In this document: in pieces, positions 1 through 13,595 of the stretch
Numbering within the stretch: position 1 is the stretch's first letter
How the letters are laid out: every line of letters begins with the position of its first letter
Source of the DNA: Octopus sinensis
Lineage: Eukaryota
Assembly: GCF_006345805.1 (NCBI RefSeq)
Contig: NC_042999.1
Coordinates: 49,786,001 to 49,850,000 of the forward strand
Length of the DNA: 64,000 nucleotides
Direction: 5' to 3'
Program-made: the position numbers and the translations under genes
Notes under the pieces: model-generated
Seen by the model: the letters and a program-made list of their open reading frames with translations, nothing else
The model's database searches: none
What the model was told of the DNA's origin: nothing

Positions 1-343
1 TTATGACAAACTGCTTTGCTATGATTTCAAAGAAGATTTATTATCAACAGAAATAAATTAGAAAATTAAATTAAAATAGAGGCAGCAAGAGCAGGCGTGG
101 ATGCGTGGTTTAAGTTCACCTTACAAACATGTAGTTTCAGGTTCAAACTCACTACATAGTAGTTTGGGTAAGTCGCTTCCACTACAGGCCCAGGCCAAAT
201 AATGAAACCTGAATAAATTTGATAGCTGGAAATTGTAGGAAACTCATCATATATCATCATCATCATCATCATTAATGTTCACTTTTTCATTCTTACATGG
301 GTCAGAGGATACTTGTTGGGGCTAATTTTTTAATGTTTTTATA

Positions 344-738
344 GGCGTAGGAGTGGATGTGTGGTAAGTAGCTTGCTTACAAACCACATGGTTCCAAGTT
401 CAGTCCCATTGCATGGCACCTTGGGCAAGTGTCTTCTACTATAGCCTTGAGCCAACCAAAGCCTTGTGAATGGATTTGGTGGATGGAAACTGAAAGAAGC
501 CCATCGTATATATGTGTATGTATGTGTTTGTGTGTCTGTGTTTGTCCCCCTAACATTGCTTAAAAACTGATGCTGGTGTGTTTATGTCCCTGTAACTTAG
601 TGGTCTGGCAAAGAGACCGATAGAATAAGTACTAGGCTTACAAAGAATAAGTCCTGGGATTGATTTGCTCGACTAAAGGCAGTGCTCCAGCATGGCCGCA
701 GTCAAATGACTGAAACAAGTAAAAAGAATAAAAAAGAG
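344..738 (+). mobile_element. tRNA-headed SINE family A (octopus-type, central TA/TG microsatellite)
   Basis: Head ggcgtaggagtgg..tggtaag with B-box-like gttcagtccc, accttgggcaagt, central microsatellite, tail gactgaaacaagtaaaa. Many copies in the window. Confidence 0.9.
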
Positions 739-2103
739 ATGCCTTTTCTGTTACCAGCCCTCTCCTGTTTCAAAGCAAGGTCGTACTTTTTGAAGGCCAG
801 ACATGTTTTCATAGAAGACTGGAAACAGCGTAAGTCACTTATTTGGTGGGGACGTTTGTTTAGAACTATATGTTGTCAAGACAAGGTGATACAAACACAT
901 ATACACATATATAATGGGTTTCTTTTTTTCCTTTAGTTTTTGTCTCTGAACTCCACTCCTGAGGCTTTGGCCCACCAAAGTCTATAGTAATAAGTACTTG
1001 TCCCTGGTACTATCCAGTAGGACTGAACCTGAAAACCAGAAGATGGGAAATGAATTTCTTGACCTTACAGCAATGCCTGCATCTGTGTGTGTGTGCGCAA
1101 ATAAGTGTGTCTATGTATTCCACACACTCGCCACTTGAACAATGCAGTACTAATATTGGCATTCCTTATTAACATTATGTCTAAACAAATTGTGCTCTCA
1201 AAAACCTGAGGACTGTAACAATTCCTTGTTTGAAATCCAGGTAAGGAATGGAAACAGGAAGAGCATCCAGCTGTAAAATGCTGCCTCACATAACTCTCCA
1301 TCCAAACTCATATCAGCATGGGGAATTGGACTTCAAACTAATAAAAGTTAGAATGAAAAAAACTCCAGTAGTTAAAAATAATGAATGATCTGACAATTGT
1401 TCTTCTATGTGGTAGCCTGACATGCAAGAAATAGCAGCCAAATTTCCCTCAAAGCCGATAACGAGGGGGCAGCCATAATAATATACTATATTTGTTCTCC
1501 ATGTTGGTTTCCCTGGTAGCAAACTCTTTTTATAATACTATATTTGTTCCACGTCCTCGCATTGTTGTGTTTTTTTGTGCTTTCTTATTTGGATTAACCA
1601 TAATAATATATATATATATATGTGTGTATGTATGCATATTATATACATAAATAAATAAATATATATACTGGTATGTGTGTGTATATATGTATATGTCTGT
1701 ATATATATATAAATATATATATATATACACACACCATAATTTTATAAGAAAGAGTATGAAGAATTTCATAGCCATATGGGGAAAGAAAATTTCAAAGCAT
1801 TCTTTCCTAGTTTGCAGAATAATTCAAATTGATATTTTGTTCTCTGCAATATTTTAAGAGTTGACAATATCTGTAACTCTCTCTTGGGAATTCAATTTTA
1901 TTTTATGATTTGAAGCTTCAAAACAATTCCTGACAAGAGTGGATACAAGAAAAGATGCAATCAGTATGTGTCAGGAAGGAATGCCAAACAATATTTTACC
2001 AAAAGTCATTAACTTAAGTAAATATTTCACACTTATGTGTCAGGAAGATAGAGATTATATCAAGAGCAAAGATGTGGGCAGATATGCTTTCAGTTACAAT
2101 GAA

Positions 2104-2140
<37 letters not shown>

Positions 2141-2145
2141 ATATC

Positions 2146-2989
2146 AATGGAATTTGTATCTTTGTGGTTCCAGTACCGGTGGCACACAAGAAAACCATCC
2201 GATCGTGGCCGTTCGCCAGCCACATCTGGCACCTGTGTCGGTGGCACATAAAGACACCATCCGAAGACCCGGCGACGTAGACAGTCCACCTGTGCATACC
2301 TTCCTTCTTGTGACACTTGTGAAGACCTGTTGAGGCAAGTGAAAATCAAATCAAATCAAAACAAATCAAAATAGATGAGCATAAATGGAATTTGTATCTT
2401 TGTGGTACCAGTGCCGGTGGCACACAAGAAAATCATCCGAACGTGGCCGTAGCCAGTACCGCATAGACTGGCCTCCGTGCTTTGGGGACGTAACAAACAC
2501 CATCCGATCGTGGCCGTCCGCCAGCCTCATCTGGCACCTGTGTCGGTGGCAACATAAAAACACCATCCGAGCGTGGCCGTCTGCCAGCCTCGTCTGGCAC
2601 CTGCCAGCCTCATCTGGCACCTGTGTCGGTGGCACATAAACAACCATCCGAGCGTGGCCGTCTGCCAGCCTCGTCTGGCACCTGTGTCGGTGGCACATAA
2701 AAACACCATCCGAGCGTGGCCGTCTGCCAGCCTCGTCTGGCACCTGTGTCGGTGGCACATAAAAAACCATCCGAGCGTGGCCGTTCGCCAGCCTCGTCTG
2801 GCACCTGTGTCGGTGGCACATAAATCACCCACTACACTCTCGGAGTGGTTGGCGTTAGGAAGGGCATCCAGCTGTAGAAACACTGCCAGATCTGACTGGC
2901 CTGGTGCAGCCTTCGGGCTCCCCAGACCCCAGTTGAACCGTCCAACCCATGCTAGCATGGAAAGCGGACGCTAAATGATGATGATGATG

Positions 2990-2990
<1 letters not shown>
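2146..2990 (+). mobile_element. Non-autonomous RTE-tailed retroposon (family D) with expanded internal 61-62 bp minisatellite
   Basis: 3' end ggttggcgttaggaagggcatccagctgt...catgctagcatggaaagcggacgctaaa(tga)n; upstream tandem units. Confidence 0.8.
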
Positions 2991-3034
<44 letters not shown>

Positions 3035-3171
3035 AGTGTCCCTTTGGGAGGCTGTTGAAATAGAAATATGCATAAGATAAAAAGAGTTTGCTACCAGGGA
3101 AACCAACATAGAGGATAAAGTAATTTCGAAAACAGATTAGTAGAAATGAAATGACTTTAATAACTATACAT

Positions 3172-3937
3172 GCGTAGGAGTGGCTGTGTCTAAGTAGCTT
3201 GTTTATGAACCACATGGTTCCGGGTTCAGCCCCACTGCATGGAAACTTGGGCGAGTGTCTTCTACTATAGCCTCGGGCCGAACAAAATCTTGTGAGTGAA
3301 TTTGGTAGACGGAAACTGAAAGAAGCCCATAATATATATATATCTCTCTATATATAAACGGCAGTTTGTCTGTGTGTGTTTCTGTGTGTCTGTTAGGTTG
3401 TACCCTCACCCTGACCACGGCTTTCAACCGATTCTGATAAAACTTGACACACACATAGCCCAATGTCATAATTCAAAACTAACGCAGCGAAAATTTTGAA
3501 AAGTTCCCCCCAGTTCTGAAAAAAATCGATAAATTCGACATGAGGTCAACAATCAGAAACACAAACCACAGACTGTCTAGATGACGCAACTCGACCTTTT
3601 TAACTAAAAAATTTTACCATCATTTGTTTTCCATTTTTTGGTTATAACTCTCTAAAAATGCTTTATAGTTATTTCCCTTACAAACCCGAGCAACGCCGGG
3701 CGATACTGCTAGTGTATATATATATGTGTGTGTTTGTGTGTCTGTGTTTGTCCTCCTCAACATCGCTTGACAACCAATGCTGGTCTGTTTACGTCCATGT
3801 AACTTAGCGGTTCGGCAAAAGAGACCGATAGAATAAGTACTAGGCTTACAAAGAAAAAGTCCTGGAGTTGATTTTCTTGACTTAGAGCAGTGCTCCAGCA
3901 TGGCCACAGTCAATTGACTGAAACAAGTAAAAGAGTA
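3172..3937 (+). mobile_element. SINE family A, split by a Helitron insertion
   Basis: Head half 3172-3342, tail half 3713-3937. Confidence 0.9.
3343..3712 (+). mobile_element. Non-autonomous Helitron, family H1
   Basis: A|TC 5' end, subterminal hairpin cccg-agcaacgc-cggg, CTAG|T 3' end, no TSD; second copy at 63291. Confidence 0.9.
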
Positions 3938-4878
3938 TATGCATGTGATTTTAAGCAAGTATATTCTGGTGCACTACCAGAATTCTGATATCCTTGGTTC
4001 CAAAGTCTAAACAGATTATTTTGCCAAACCATTGATGATCACATGATAATTTATTAACATCCTTCTAACTTGTTAATTATACACAAATTATTGATTATAT
4101 CACAGAGCTTACATATCAAACCATCATGGTCCCTTCTTTTTCAATAGTTCTAATTTATGTTGGATCAATGTGGATTGACATTTCCATTTAACACAACCAT
4201 TAATGCTCACAGTTCTCTAAATAATAGTAACCATAGCTGAGGGTAAGTTTAATAAGCAGAGGATCTCTCAAATTTAAGTATTAGCATTAACATGTGCTGT
4301 GTAAAAAGTGCATCTAAACACATAGTGTACACAATACCACTTGTGAACAGGTGGCTACAAGAATTTCAAATTCTCCCTCATTATTTATCCACATTAAATG
4401 AGGTGTTAGACCTTCAGTTGCCAGAAAAAAAGTGGTATACCTGTATGATGCCCCCATTCATTACCCAAAGTGCAATGCGTGGGACAGCAAACCCAAAACC
4501 TGTTTGTGAAGCAAATTTCATACAACCACGTCTGTGCCTTTGTTTATTAAAGGAGTTATGTCCCACTAATTATCCAAAACCACAGTGTGAAATATGCTTA
4601 ATTCATGAATGAAACACTTTCTGTTAATACATGCACAGTTATCTATAATAATAATAAACACAAAATTCTCTTTGTTTGTCTGGGACCCACATATCTCAGT
4701 TTACATTTGGTCTACTGGATTGATTTGTTTGATCAAACTCTTCACAGTGGTGCCCCAGCATTGTCACAATCCAATGACTGAAGCAAGTGAAACATAAATA
4801 GATAGATAACAGAGTTTATTTGACAGGGAGGTTGATGTTTTTGAGAAAAATTCAATCAGCAGATAGTTTTTATTTACA

Positions 4879-5272
4879 CTAGCAGTATTGCCTGGCGTTG
4901 CTCAGGTTTGTTTCAACCCTTTAGAATTGGAATTTTTGAAAAGTAAAACTTTTGCATTATGTAGCTTGTTATTCTCTTTAAGCGAACATTTTCCTGGGTG
5001 AAATACACCGAAAAATGGCGACACAGCAGTCAAAAAATTGTAAAAAATAAGAATTTTCATAGAAAAAAAAGCACTTTTTTGATGTAAATAATTTTTGGTG
5101 TTAACATGGTCCGATTTGAATTTTATCTTCTATGGAAGGAAGAGCAAGCTTTCTTCTATCATACTCTCAATTTTGGCCAACTTGTGCCACAGGGTCTCGG
5201 AGGAGATAGTGTTAGTTGAAGGCTGCCAAACCTGCGACACACAGACAACTTCAGCTTTATCTATAATAGAGA
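4879..5272 (-). mobile_element. Non-autonomous Helitron, family H2
   Basis: CTAG at 4879-4882 next to the degenerate hairpin; GA|T at the other end; second copy at 28104. Confidence 0.85.
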
Positions 5273-5748
5273 TTATCAATTCACTTTAAGTTAGGGAAGA
5301 GATAGAGAGAGCGAGGAAGGATTTGTCTATGACCCACAGTTATTCTCTTCCCATTATCTATGTCAATCTATGATGCAACATGTAAGTGAAGATGAAGCAA
5401 AGCAGTGACATAGAACAAGTAGAGTGAATTAGATGTGCAACATGAAGTGAAGCAACAGGATATTGAAATCTTTAAGTATTTATGAAAAATGTAACTGCTT
5501 AGAGTGTGTATGTAATACAAATGAATGATGCTTGCTGGTAAAAAGTGAGACATAATAGATATTAACGAGCATATAAGTCGAAATTAAGTAATTATATTTT
5601 ATAGAATGTAAAATCAGAAATTACAGAGGAAAATAGAATTTACAGATGTGGTGATGTAGAAATAAATGCCTGAAAAATATGTCAATTCATTGTGCAAAAT
5701 AGAATGTAAGTTGAAAAACCGATAAGACAGAGGATTTTATATTTATAA

Positions 5749-5791
<43 letters not shown>

Positions 5792-6631
5792 ATTCCCATC
5801 TCTTTCTGTCTCTCTCTCCAAACATGACATGCACACAATTGCACACATCCCTACAACAAAATATGTACACGCTTTTACAAAAAGAAAATACAGAGGGATT
5901 AATATGTATATACATAAACATACTTATATATAAGCATATATATAAGCACATATATATATATATATATATTATATTATAAACCTTCTCTTGAAATGTATAA
6001 ATTTATAGACATGTACATGTGTGGTTGCATTTGAATCAATTTTCTAATGATTTGCAATTTTGTTCATGCTTGCATGGATTAAATGAGAATGGATGCAAAT
6101 AGGCAGAAATAAAAGAGAGATCCAACAGCCATTTCTGTTCTATTCTGGAATGGATTGTATAGAATTTCAGTATGGAATTATATCATATTTATCAATACTG
6201 CATTCTAATTTCTGACATCCATACTTTTCCCATGCCATGAGCGTTTTACTACCAGCTGATGTCAACTATTTACATTACATTCTATGAGTTTGTCTCACTT
6301 CTTCCATGCTAAGATTATCTTCCATTATCAGCTAATATCAACCATCCATGTTATATTCCAAGATCTGACTCACCCATAGCTTCCCATACCATGATAACCT
6401 TCCACTGTTAGTTGGAGTCAACCAGTCATGCTATATTCTTATATCAGTGCAACCACCATATTTTGCATGTACTAACTAGCAGTGCAAGCTCAGTTAAGTA
6501 GTCAGAAATCCACATGGTTTCAGCTTCAGCCCTTCTGTGTGGAATCCTGGGCAAGTGTCTTCTGCTATAGCTCCAAGCCAACCAAAGTGTTCTGTGAGTG
6601 ATTTAGTAGATGGAAACCGTAAGAACTGTAT

Positions 6632-6862
6632 GGCGGCGAGCTGGCAGAAACGTTAGCATGCCAGGCAAAATGCTTAGCGGTATTTCGTCTGTCTTTACAT
6701 TCTGAGTTCAAATTCCGCTGAGGTCAACTTTGCCTTTCATCCATTTGGGGTCGATAAATTAAGTACCAGTGATGCGCTGGGGTCAATATAATCGGCTTAA
6801 TCCATTTGTCTGTTCTTGTTTGTCCCCTCTATGTGTAGCCCCTTCTGGGCAGTAAAGAAATA
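6632..6862 (+). mobile_element. SINE family B inserted into an older family A-like head
   Basis: ggcggcgagctggcagaaacgttagc...gagttcaaattcc...gtaaagaaata; ggaaacYgtaagaa repeated at about 6612 and 6864. Confidence 0.88.
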
Positions 6863-7106
6863 AGGAAACTGTAAGAAGTCCATTGTGTGTATGTGTGTGT
6901 CTGTCTGTGTGGGTATGTGTGTGTAGGCTGACTGCATCAAGAAGTAAGAGGCACCAAGGATCGCTTAGGGTGAGCAAACCCATTGTAATTATTTTGATGG
7001 GTAAATCTAGGATCATGAATATTTTAGGAATTTAAATTAAAAACAATTACAAAGAATATGGAGACTGGTACGTCTTCATTTTTTTCTTTTAATTTTAACA
7101 GTTATA

Positions 7107-7512
7107 GGCACAGGAGTAGCTGTGTGATAAGTAGCTTGCTTACCAACCACATGGTTCTGGGTTCAGTCCAACTGTGTGGCATCTTGGGCAAGTGTCTTCT
7201 ACTATAGCCTCGGGCCAACCAAAGCCTTGTGAATGGATTTGGTAGGCAGAAACTGAAAGAATCCTGTTGCATATATGTATATATATATATATGTGTGTGT
7301 GTGTGTATATGTTGTGTATCTGTTTGTCCCCTCAACATTACTTGACAACCGATGCTGGTGTGTTTATGTCTCCGTAACTTAGCAGTTCGGCATAAGAGAC
7401 CAATAGAATAAGTACTAGGCTTACAAAGAATAAATTCTGGGGTCGATTTGATTCGACTAAAGGCGGTGCTCCAGCATGGCCGCAGTCAAATGACTGAAAC
7501 GAGTGAAAAAGG
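7107..7512 (+). mobile_element. SINE family A
   Basis: Full-length match to the 344-738 copy. Confidence 0.9.
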
Positions 7513-7751
7513 GTTAATTGTACTGATTAACTGGCCAAAACGACCAACGTGTTTCTGCTGCACAGAGAACGTGCAGTTGCATATGCAACCTGCAATATTC
7601 TATGATGCTCCTTTATTCAGGTTCTTTCCACAAGTATTAAATATGTCTTCGTGTATGTGCTATGGTCTCCTTGTCTTAACATTATGTAGTAGTTGTAAAT
7701 GGGTGCCACCATTGTGCAAGCAGTGTCATTTGTTTCCAATCTTCTGTGAAA

Positions 7752-8350
7752 CATCATCATCATCATCGTTTAACGTCCATTTTCCATGCTAGCATAGGTT
7801 GGACTGTTTGACCAGAGTCTGGGAAGCCAGGAGGCTGCACCAGGCTCCAGTCTGACCTGGCAGTGTTTCTACAGCTAGATGCCTTTCCTAATGCCAACCA
7901 CTCCGTGAGTGTAGTGGGTGCTTTATACATGCCACCAGCACAGGGATCAGAGGAGGCTGGCAACAGCCATGATCGGTTGGTGCTTTTTACGTGCCACCAG
8001 CACAGAAGCCAGTCAAGGCAGCGCTGGCATTGGCCAAGTTCAGATGGTGCTTTTTATGTGCCAACAGCACGGGTATCACAACTACAATTTCCATTTGATT
8101 TTCATTTTGATGTTGATGTACATGACTCAATAGGTCTCCTCAAGCACAGCAGGTTGCCCTACGATCCAAGGTACTTTTGAATGGGCTGGGCCTGATTATG
8201 TGATACTATTGTAGGACACAGCTATGAACTTACTTTATTTGTCAGGTTTTCGCAGTCACAGCATATCTCCAGAGGTCTCGGTCTTTCCTCATTGCCTCTA
8301 TGAGGCCCAATGTTCAAAGGTCATGCTTGACCACCTCATCCCATGTCTTC
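7752..8350 (-). mobile_element. Family D RTE-tailed element
   Basis: (cat)n tail followed by reverse complement of the family D body. Confidence 0.8.
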
Positions 8351-9610
8351 CTGGGTCCAGTTATGAGGAAATACCTTACTTGGAAACAAATGAGGTTTGG
8401 CAACAGGAAAGGCATCCAGCCTTGAAAATTCCATCTCAACTAATGAGGAAAATGTAGACATTAGTAAAGCAATGGTGATGGTAACAAATGAGTGAAGCAT
8501 CAAACTGGTAGAGTTGTTAGAATTGGGCCACACATTGTTCTGACTCATTGAATGCAAAGTTCAAATCTCACTAAAATCAACTTTACCATTCATCCTGTTA
8601 GTGCTGATAAAAGAGCACCAATTCAAGGCAGTGAATGGGGAAAAACTGTTTGGCTAACTGAGATGCCCTGCAGTATCTGTTCTAGTGCTTTGTGTTTTAA
8701 TTGACACTGGTGTCAAACTATATCAGCTCAAGTTGGGGAATTTTTCCAAGGATTAACATCAATGGCATACAAAAAAAAAAAAAAGACTTACATGCACAGG
8801 TAACGGCTAATCTTTCTCAAAAAGTATCTTGCTCTGCACTGCAAATACATGTGCAACTGTAGAATCAACATTCACCAAGAATGACAAAGATCTGGTTACT
8901 TTATCAGCTCAATTACAGTCCACCTTTTTGTGTAATTTACTGTAACACATCTAGCATGTCATTTAACTCATCCTTTTTTCATATTTAGCATCTACATCTT
9001 ACAACCATTTAGTATCACAGGAGGAGACTTTTATTGCTATTTAGCCTCAGATCATTCCTGATTGAATAGATCAATGATCAAACGCATTTATTTCAGACAT
9101 GACCATCTCACTTTACAATTTTTTATTGTACATCTAGGACTTATATAATTCTTATCAAAAAATTATATAATTTCAATATATAACTCCATTTTTCAAAAAA
9201 AAAAAAAATACAACTGCAGGTGTTATTTGAAGAAAATTTGCCATTATTTCTAGCAGGTTGTGTGACACCTTCTCATTGCTACCAACATAAATAAATAAAT
9301 CTATGGACTTTACTAATTTTTGCAATTTAAGTTCCTTATTTATTGCAGTGACCCTAGTACACCTCTAACATAGCAATCCATTGTTGGCACTGTATATGTA
9401 GTATTGAGTATGTACTAACACCTTTGCTATACATTTAATTGTGCTACTTCTTTCATAGCACTGGACTTTTAAGTTTTCTGCTATTACAACTTTTGACTTT
9501 ATCGTGTTGGCTTTCGTGCTTTTTTGATTGCCTCGTGATTGACCTTTAGACCTTTGATTATGACCTTTAGGTTTTTGTCTGTCTTACTTTTTTATATCTT
9601 TTTTTTTACA

Positions 9611-10005
9611 TCTTTTACTTGTTTCAGTCATTTAGCTGCTGCCATGCTGGAGCACCGTCTTTAGTCGAGTAAATTGACCCCAGGACTTATTCTTTGTAAG
9701 CCTCGTACTTATTCTATCGGTCTCTTTTGTCGAACTGCTAAGTTACAGGGATGCAAACACACCAGCATCGGTTGTCAAGTGATGTTGGGGGGTCAGACAC
9801 AGACATACAAACACACACATATATATATATATATACATATATACGACGGGCGTCTTTCAGTTTCCGTCTACCAAATCCATTCACAAGGCTTTGGTCGGCC
9901 CAAAGCTATAGTAGAAGACATTTGCCCAAGGTGCCATGCAGTGGGACTGAACCCAGAACCATGTGATTGGTAAGCAAGCTACTTACCACACAGCCACTCC
10001 TGCAC
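9611..10005 (-). mobile_element. SINE family A
   Basis: Reverse-complement full-length copy. Confidence 0.9.
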
Positions 10006-12053
10006 ATATACCGTTTATAATATTTGAATATTTACCATCTCCATATTACAGAACATTAAGAAACATATTAAATAAAATAAAAATGAAATAAAATTAATGT
10101 TTTACCCCATGAAAAAAACTGCAAGAACTACTCACCAGTAGTTCTTTAAAATCTCTTGCACTATCAGAAACCCTTCAGTATCATCAGCCGGTATCTCAAA
10201 GTTGTATGCATTTTACCCCTTAACCTGTATGCTTCAAATGAGTAGTCCAGTGAGGACTGTAAAAGGGTCTACCTACAGTCTCCAGTCAACTATAGCCACC
10301 TTGGGCTGTTTTGATGAAATATGCTTGTCTTTTATTTTGTCTACTTGTCCCTTTTATTTTGCCTACTTGTCCCTTTTATTGCGCTTCTTTCAAGCTTATC
10401 TTTTATTTACTACACTTTTCTCCACCATGCAGCTAATTACTAAGCAGTGGCCCTCTACCAACCACAGAGCAGGTCAGTGGCTGGTAGCATGTCGTCTTTA
10501 ACGAACATCCAGAGGCCCTACATGTTACAGCATTCTATATCCTCTTTTCTGTGTAAATTATTCTCAAATAGCACCAAGTGAAAGTTAAATCTTACAAAAG
10601 AATATTCCAACCTTCTCAGACTCTCTTGTTTCTACACATAATCTTTTTTCCTTCTTTCAAATTTTTTAAGCTGAATCTATTAATTTTCAGCCCATAGAGA
10701 TGTGGTGCTTTCAATCACTCTCTTTCCTATTCAGGACAAAACTAATCTGATTTCAGTGCTCACTTGAGTGGTGAATTACCAATGTGCAGGATAAGTATTT
10801 TTCTTTGTAAGTGATATTGCAAGGGATTTGTTAATTTGCATTACACAATCCCAGAATCCTCTCTCTCTCTCTCTTCAATTCCTGCATTGTGATCATAGCC
10901 CCTTTGCAAACAAGCCAACCCATCATGACATTTCCTAATTTGGTTATTTCAGTACCTTGGGTCCTTTTAGAAGAGTTCACTCTGTTGCAGGCATTCAGGA
11001 CAAGTCTCCAGTTTGAAGGATACCTAAAAAGTCTCATTTTGAGGATGCATAACAAGCTTTAGAGGCCCTGTAAAGGGTCATGAACATTGCTTGAACACTG
11101 TTTGCTCTCCTAACTAAAAGATAAAATAAAAACCTGTCCACTGCTATGATCATTATGCAGAGAAACCTGTTTAATTTGCTAAACAAGCAAGCTGTTCTTT
11201 TTTAATTCTCATCAAAAATTTATATAAATTTTGCAAGAAATGCTTTTAAAATTGCTCATAAAAATTTGAACAGTTTATGAAGCAAAAATTGGCAATAAGT
11301 AGTTTTTTATAGGTTTCCTTGCAAAGTGTATATAAACTTTTAATGTTATAAATGATATTAAAGAGAATGTAACTAACTGACTGGTAGCATTATTGTAATG
11401 CATTTAGATACTTGCCATAGAACAGCAGTTTGATTCATATCTAAGCATCAAAGTTTTCCTTTATTTTTGTGTGTTTACATACAGTCTCTTCATAAAATAT
11501 GCTATCTGAAGTAAAAACAAAAAAAATCTATAATGTGAAGTTTATACAGGAATTTACTGAAAGCTTTATGTTAGTATTGTCCAAGGATTAAATTTAGTGA
11601 ATTGATAGAAATTCATAGTTTAAAAATCTTTTATAAGGTATAGGTATAATGATATAATGATGAGATAGCAAGCAGAATATATTTGTAGCTAAATGAGAAT
11701 TTGTTACCTGAAGTCTACAGACAATCTGTTGTAGTTGCATAAATAATTTCTCTTTTTGTGAGGCACCCAAATATTGTTATTAGTCAATAAATATTATAAA
11801 GACTCAACAAATAATCACACAGAAGAATGTGATATGGTACAGTAATTAGAAAGTACTAAGTAACAAGTACCTTTGTTGTATGGTTGATGTGTGTGAGCAC
11901 ATGGTTGTGTACTTAAGTTTACTTTGCAACCGTATGATTTCAGGTTCAGTCCCACAGTGCAGCACCCAAGACATCATCTTCTACAACTTTGGGCCAACTA
12001 ATGTCTCGTGAGTGAGTTTGATAGATTAAAACTATACAAAATTTATTGCTTAT

Positions 12054-12166
12054 ATGTAATGTAATGTAATGTAATGTATGTATGTATGTATGTATGTATG
12101 TATGGATGGATGGATGGATGATGGATGGATGGATGGATGGATGGATGCATGCATGCATGCATGCAT
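12054..12166. repeat. Compound microsatellite (tgtaa)n(tgta)n(tgga)n(tgca)n
   Basis: Directly visible. Confidence 0.95.
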
Positions 12167-12872
12167 GAAATACAAAATACAAAATGGGACAAGAACGCAA
12201 AACATCCAAATAGACGATACAAAAAACACGGATGGGTCATTCGAAGCCTTTAATCTTCAGTCGAGAACTGGATCATCCTTGCAATTTCGGCTGTATACAT
12301 GCATGTGCAATAGTGAATGTGGAAGGGGGCAGTCTTTTTTTTTTTTGAGTATGTTTACAAGCTGTTATTAGCAAGAAAATCTCTGAGCTCTGGTCAATGT
12401 TTAACATTTTGTTGTCAATAAATCCTTCTGTTGCCCAGCTTTCAAAAAACAAATAGAATGGAAACTTCTTTACTAAAAAAAAAACAGGTAAGGGTTAGTG
12501 ACAGAAAGTGTGTCCAGCTGTAAAACAATGCGTCAATAATATTTGCTTAATTCATGCAAATATGGAAAGACGGACATAAAAATGAATGGATGAACAAATG
12601 AATGTTTATATTTATATAAAATGAAAAACTGCTTCTTCAAATAACCATGAAAGAGTGTAAATATGTCTTGTAATAATTTGCATGCATGTGCGTTAGTATG
12701 CCAGAATTGTTCTTTTATTCAAATTCAATACGATAATTAATTTCACTTCAAAGTGAATGGAATGAAAAATACAAAAAAAAAAAACAAAAATGAAAGAGAA
12801 GGAAACATAAAGTGTATAATAAAGGGTGATAATTGAAAATAATGAATAGCAAAAAAGAAACTTGATTCTTAC

Positions 12873-13595
12873 GGAATATAAATGACTGTGGTTTTGGGCC
12901 TTGCTGACTGCTCAGTGATGTGTCCCAACTGTCAGAATCACTATCTTTATGGTTATCATGTCGTGACTGGGCAATAATTATAGAGTCTCTCACAGATAGC
13001 AATGGTTTCTTTTCGCTTTCTCCTCCTCCTCCGCCTCCTCCACCACCTCCTCCTCCCCCAGACCCAGTGCTATCAGTATCTGATAAAGCACATTCTTCAT
13101 CCTCTTCGGTACCTTTCGCTGACTTCTCATTGCTGCGTTTACTTTTCACAACTTGTAAAACCTCATCTTCGCTGGCATGGGGCAAGACCGTGCTAGTTCC
13201 CAATTTACGCTGTCTTAAACGTCTTGCATGGCTGCTTAGCGGGCTTGGGACATATCGCCTGAACAACTGGTGCTCTGAGCCCACAGGTGAAGTAGACATC
13301 TGGTGCGTATGATTTTCAACTGATAACATATCCGTTGACATCTCTAAGCTGTGGTCATCAGATGCAGAAAGTAACTTGCTATAGACAAAGTCATTTGAAG
13401 TGAATGAATCATTCAGGTCCTCCTCTTCATCATCTTCAGTATTATCTTGCTTCTTTTCAGAACTAATAGTGTCATCACTAACATCCTTTTGCATATCTGA
13501 TAGCATGTCATCTGACACCTCGGTTTTTCCATTACACTTATTTGCAAAAGTGTTTGATGCAGATAAATCAGTGCAATGCAACGAACCCTCAATGT
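12873..13595 (-). CDS. Large internal coding exon, acidic/Ser-rich disordered region with poly-Gly tract
   Basis: Acceptor ttttgtttatttttcag at 13596, donor c|gtaaga at 12872, 723 nt, phase 1/1, fully open (core of ORF 12748..13581: IEGSLHCTDLSAS...GPKPQSFIF). More GC-rich than flanks. Downstream exons not securely identified. Confidence 0.85.

Noticed and set aside
344-420. tRNA genes at SINE heads
   Set aside because: A/B-box-like motifs only; no complete cloverleaf, and always fused to SINE bodies.
2146-2830. CRISPR-like appearance of the regular repeat array
   Set aside because: Units are head-to-tail with no unique spacers, no cas genes, and the array is internal to a eukaryotic retroposon.
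8792-8856. Candidate exon with gtaagt donor
   Set aside because: Stop in phase 1; the open phase-0 peptide is not recognisable.
10136-10224. Candidate exon with gtgagt donor
   Set aside because: All three frames from the cag acceptor contain stops.
12920-13312. Plus-strand poly-Pro ORF
   Set aside because: Antisense shadow of the real minus-strand exon, which has the splice signals.
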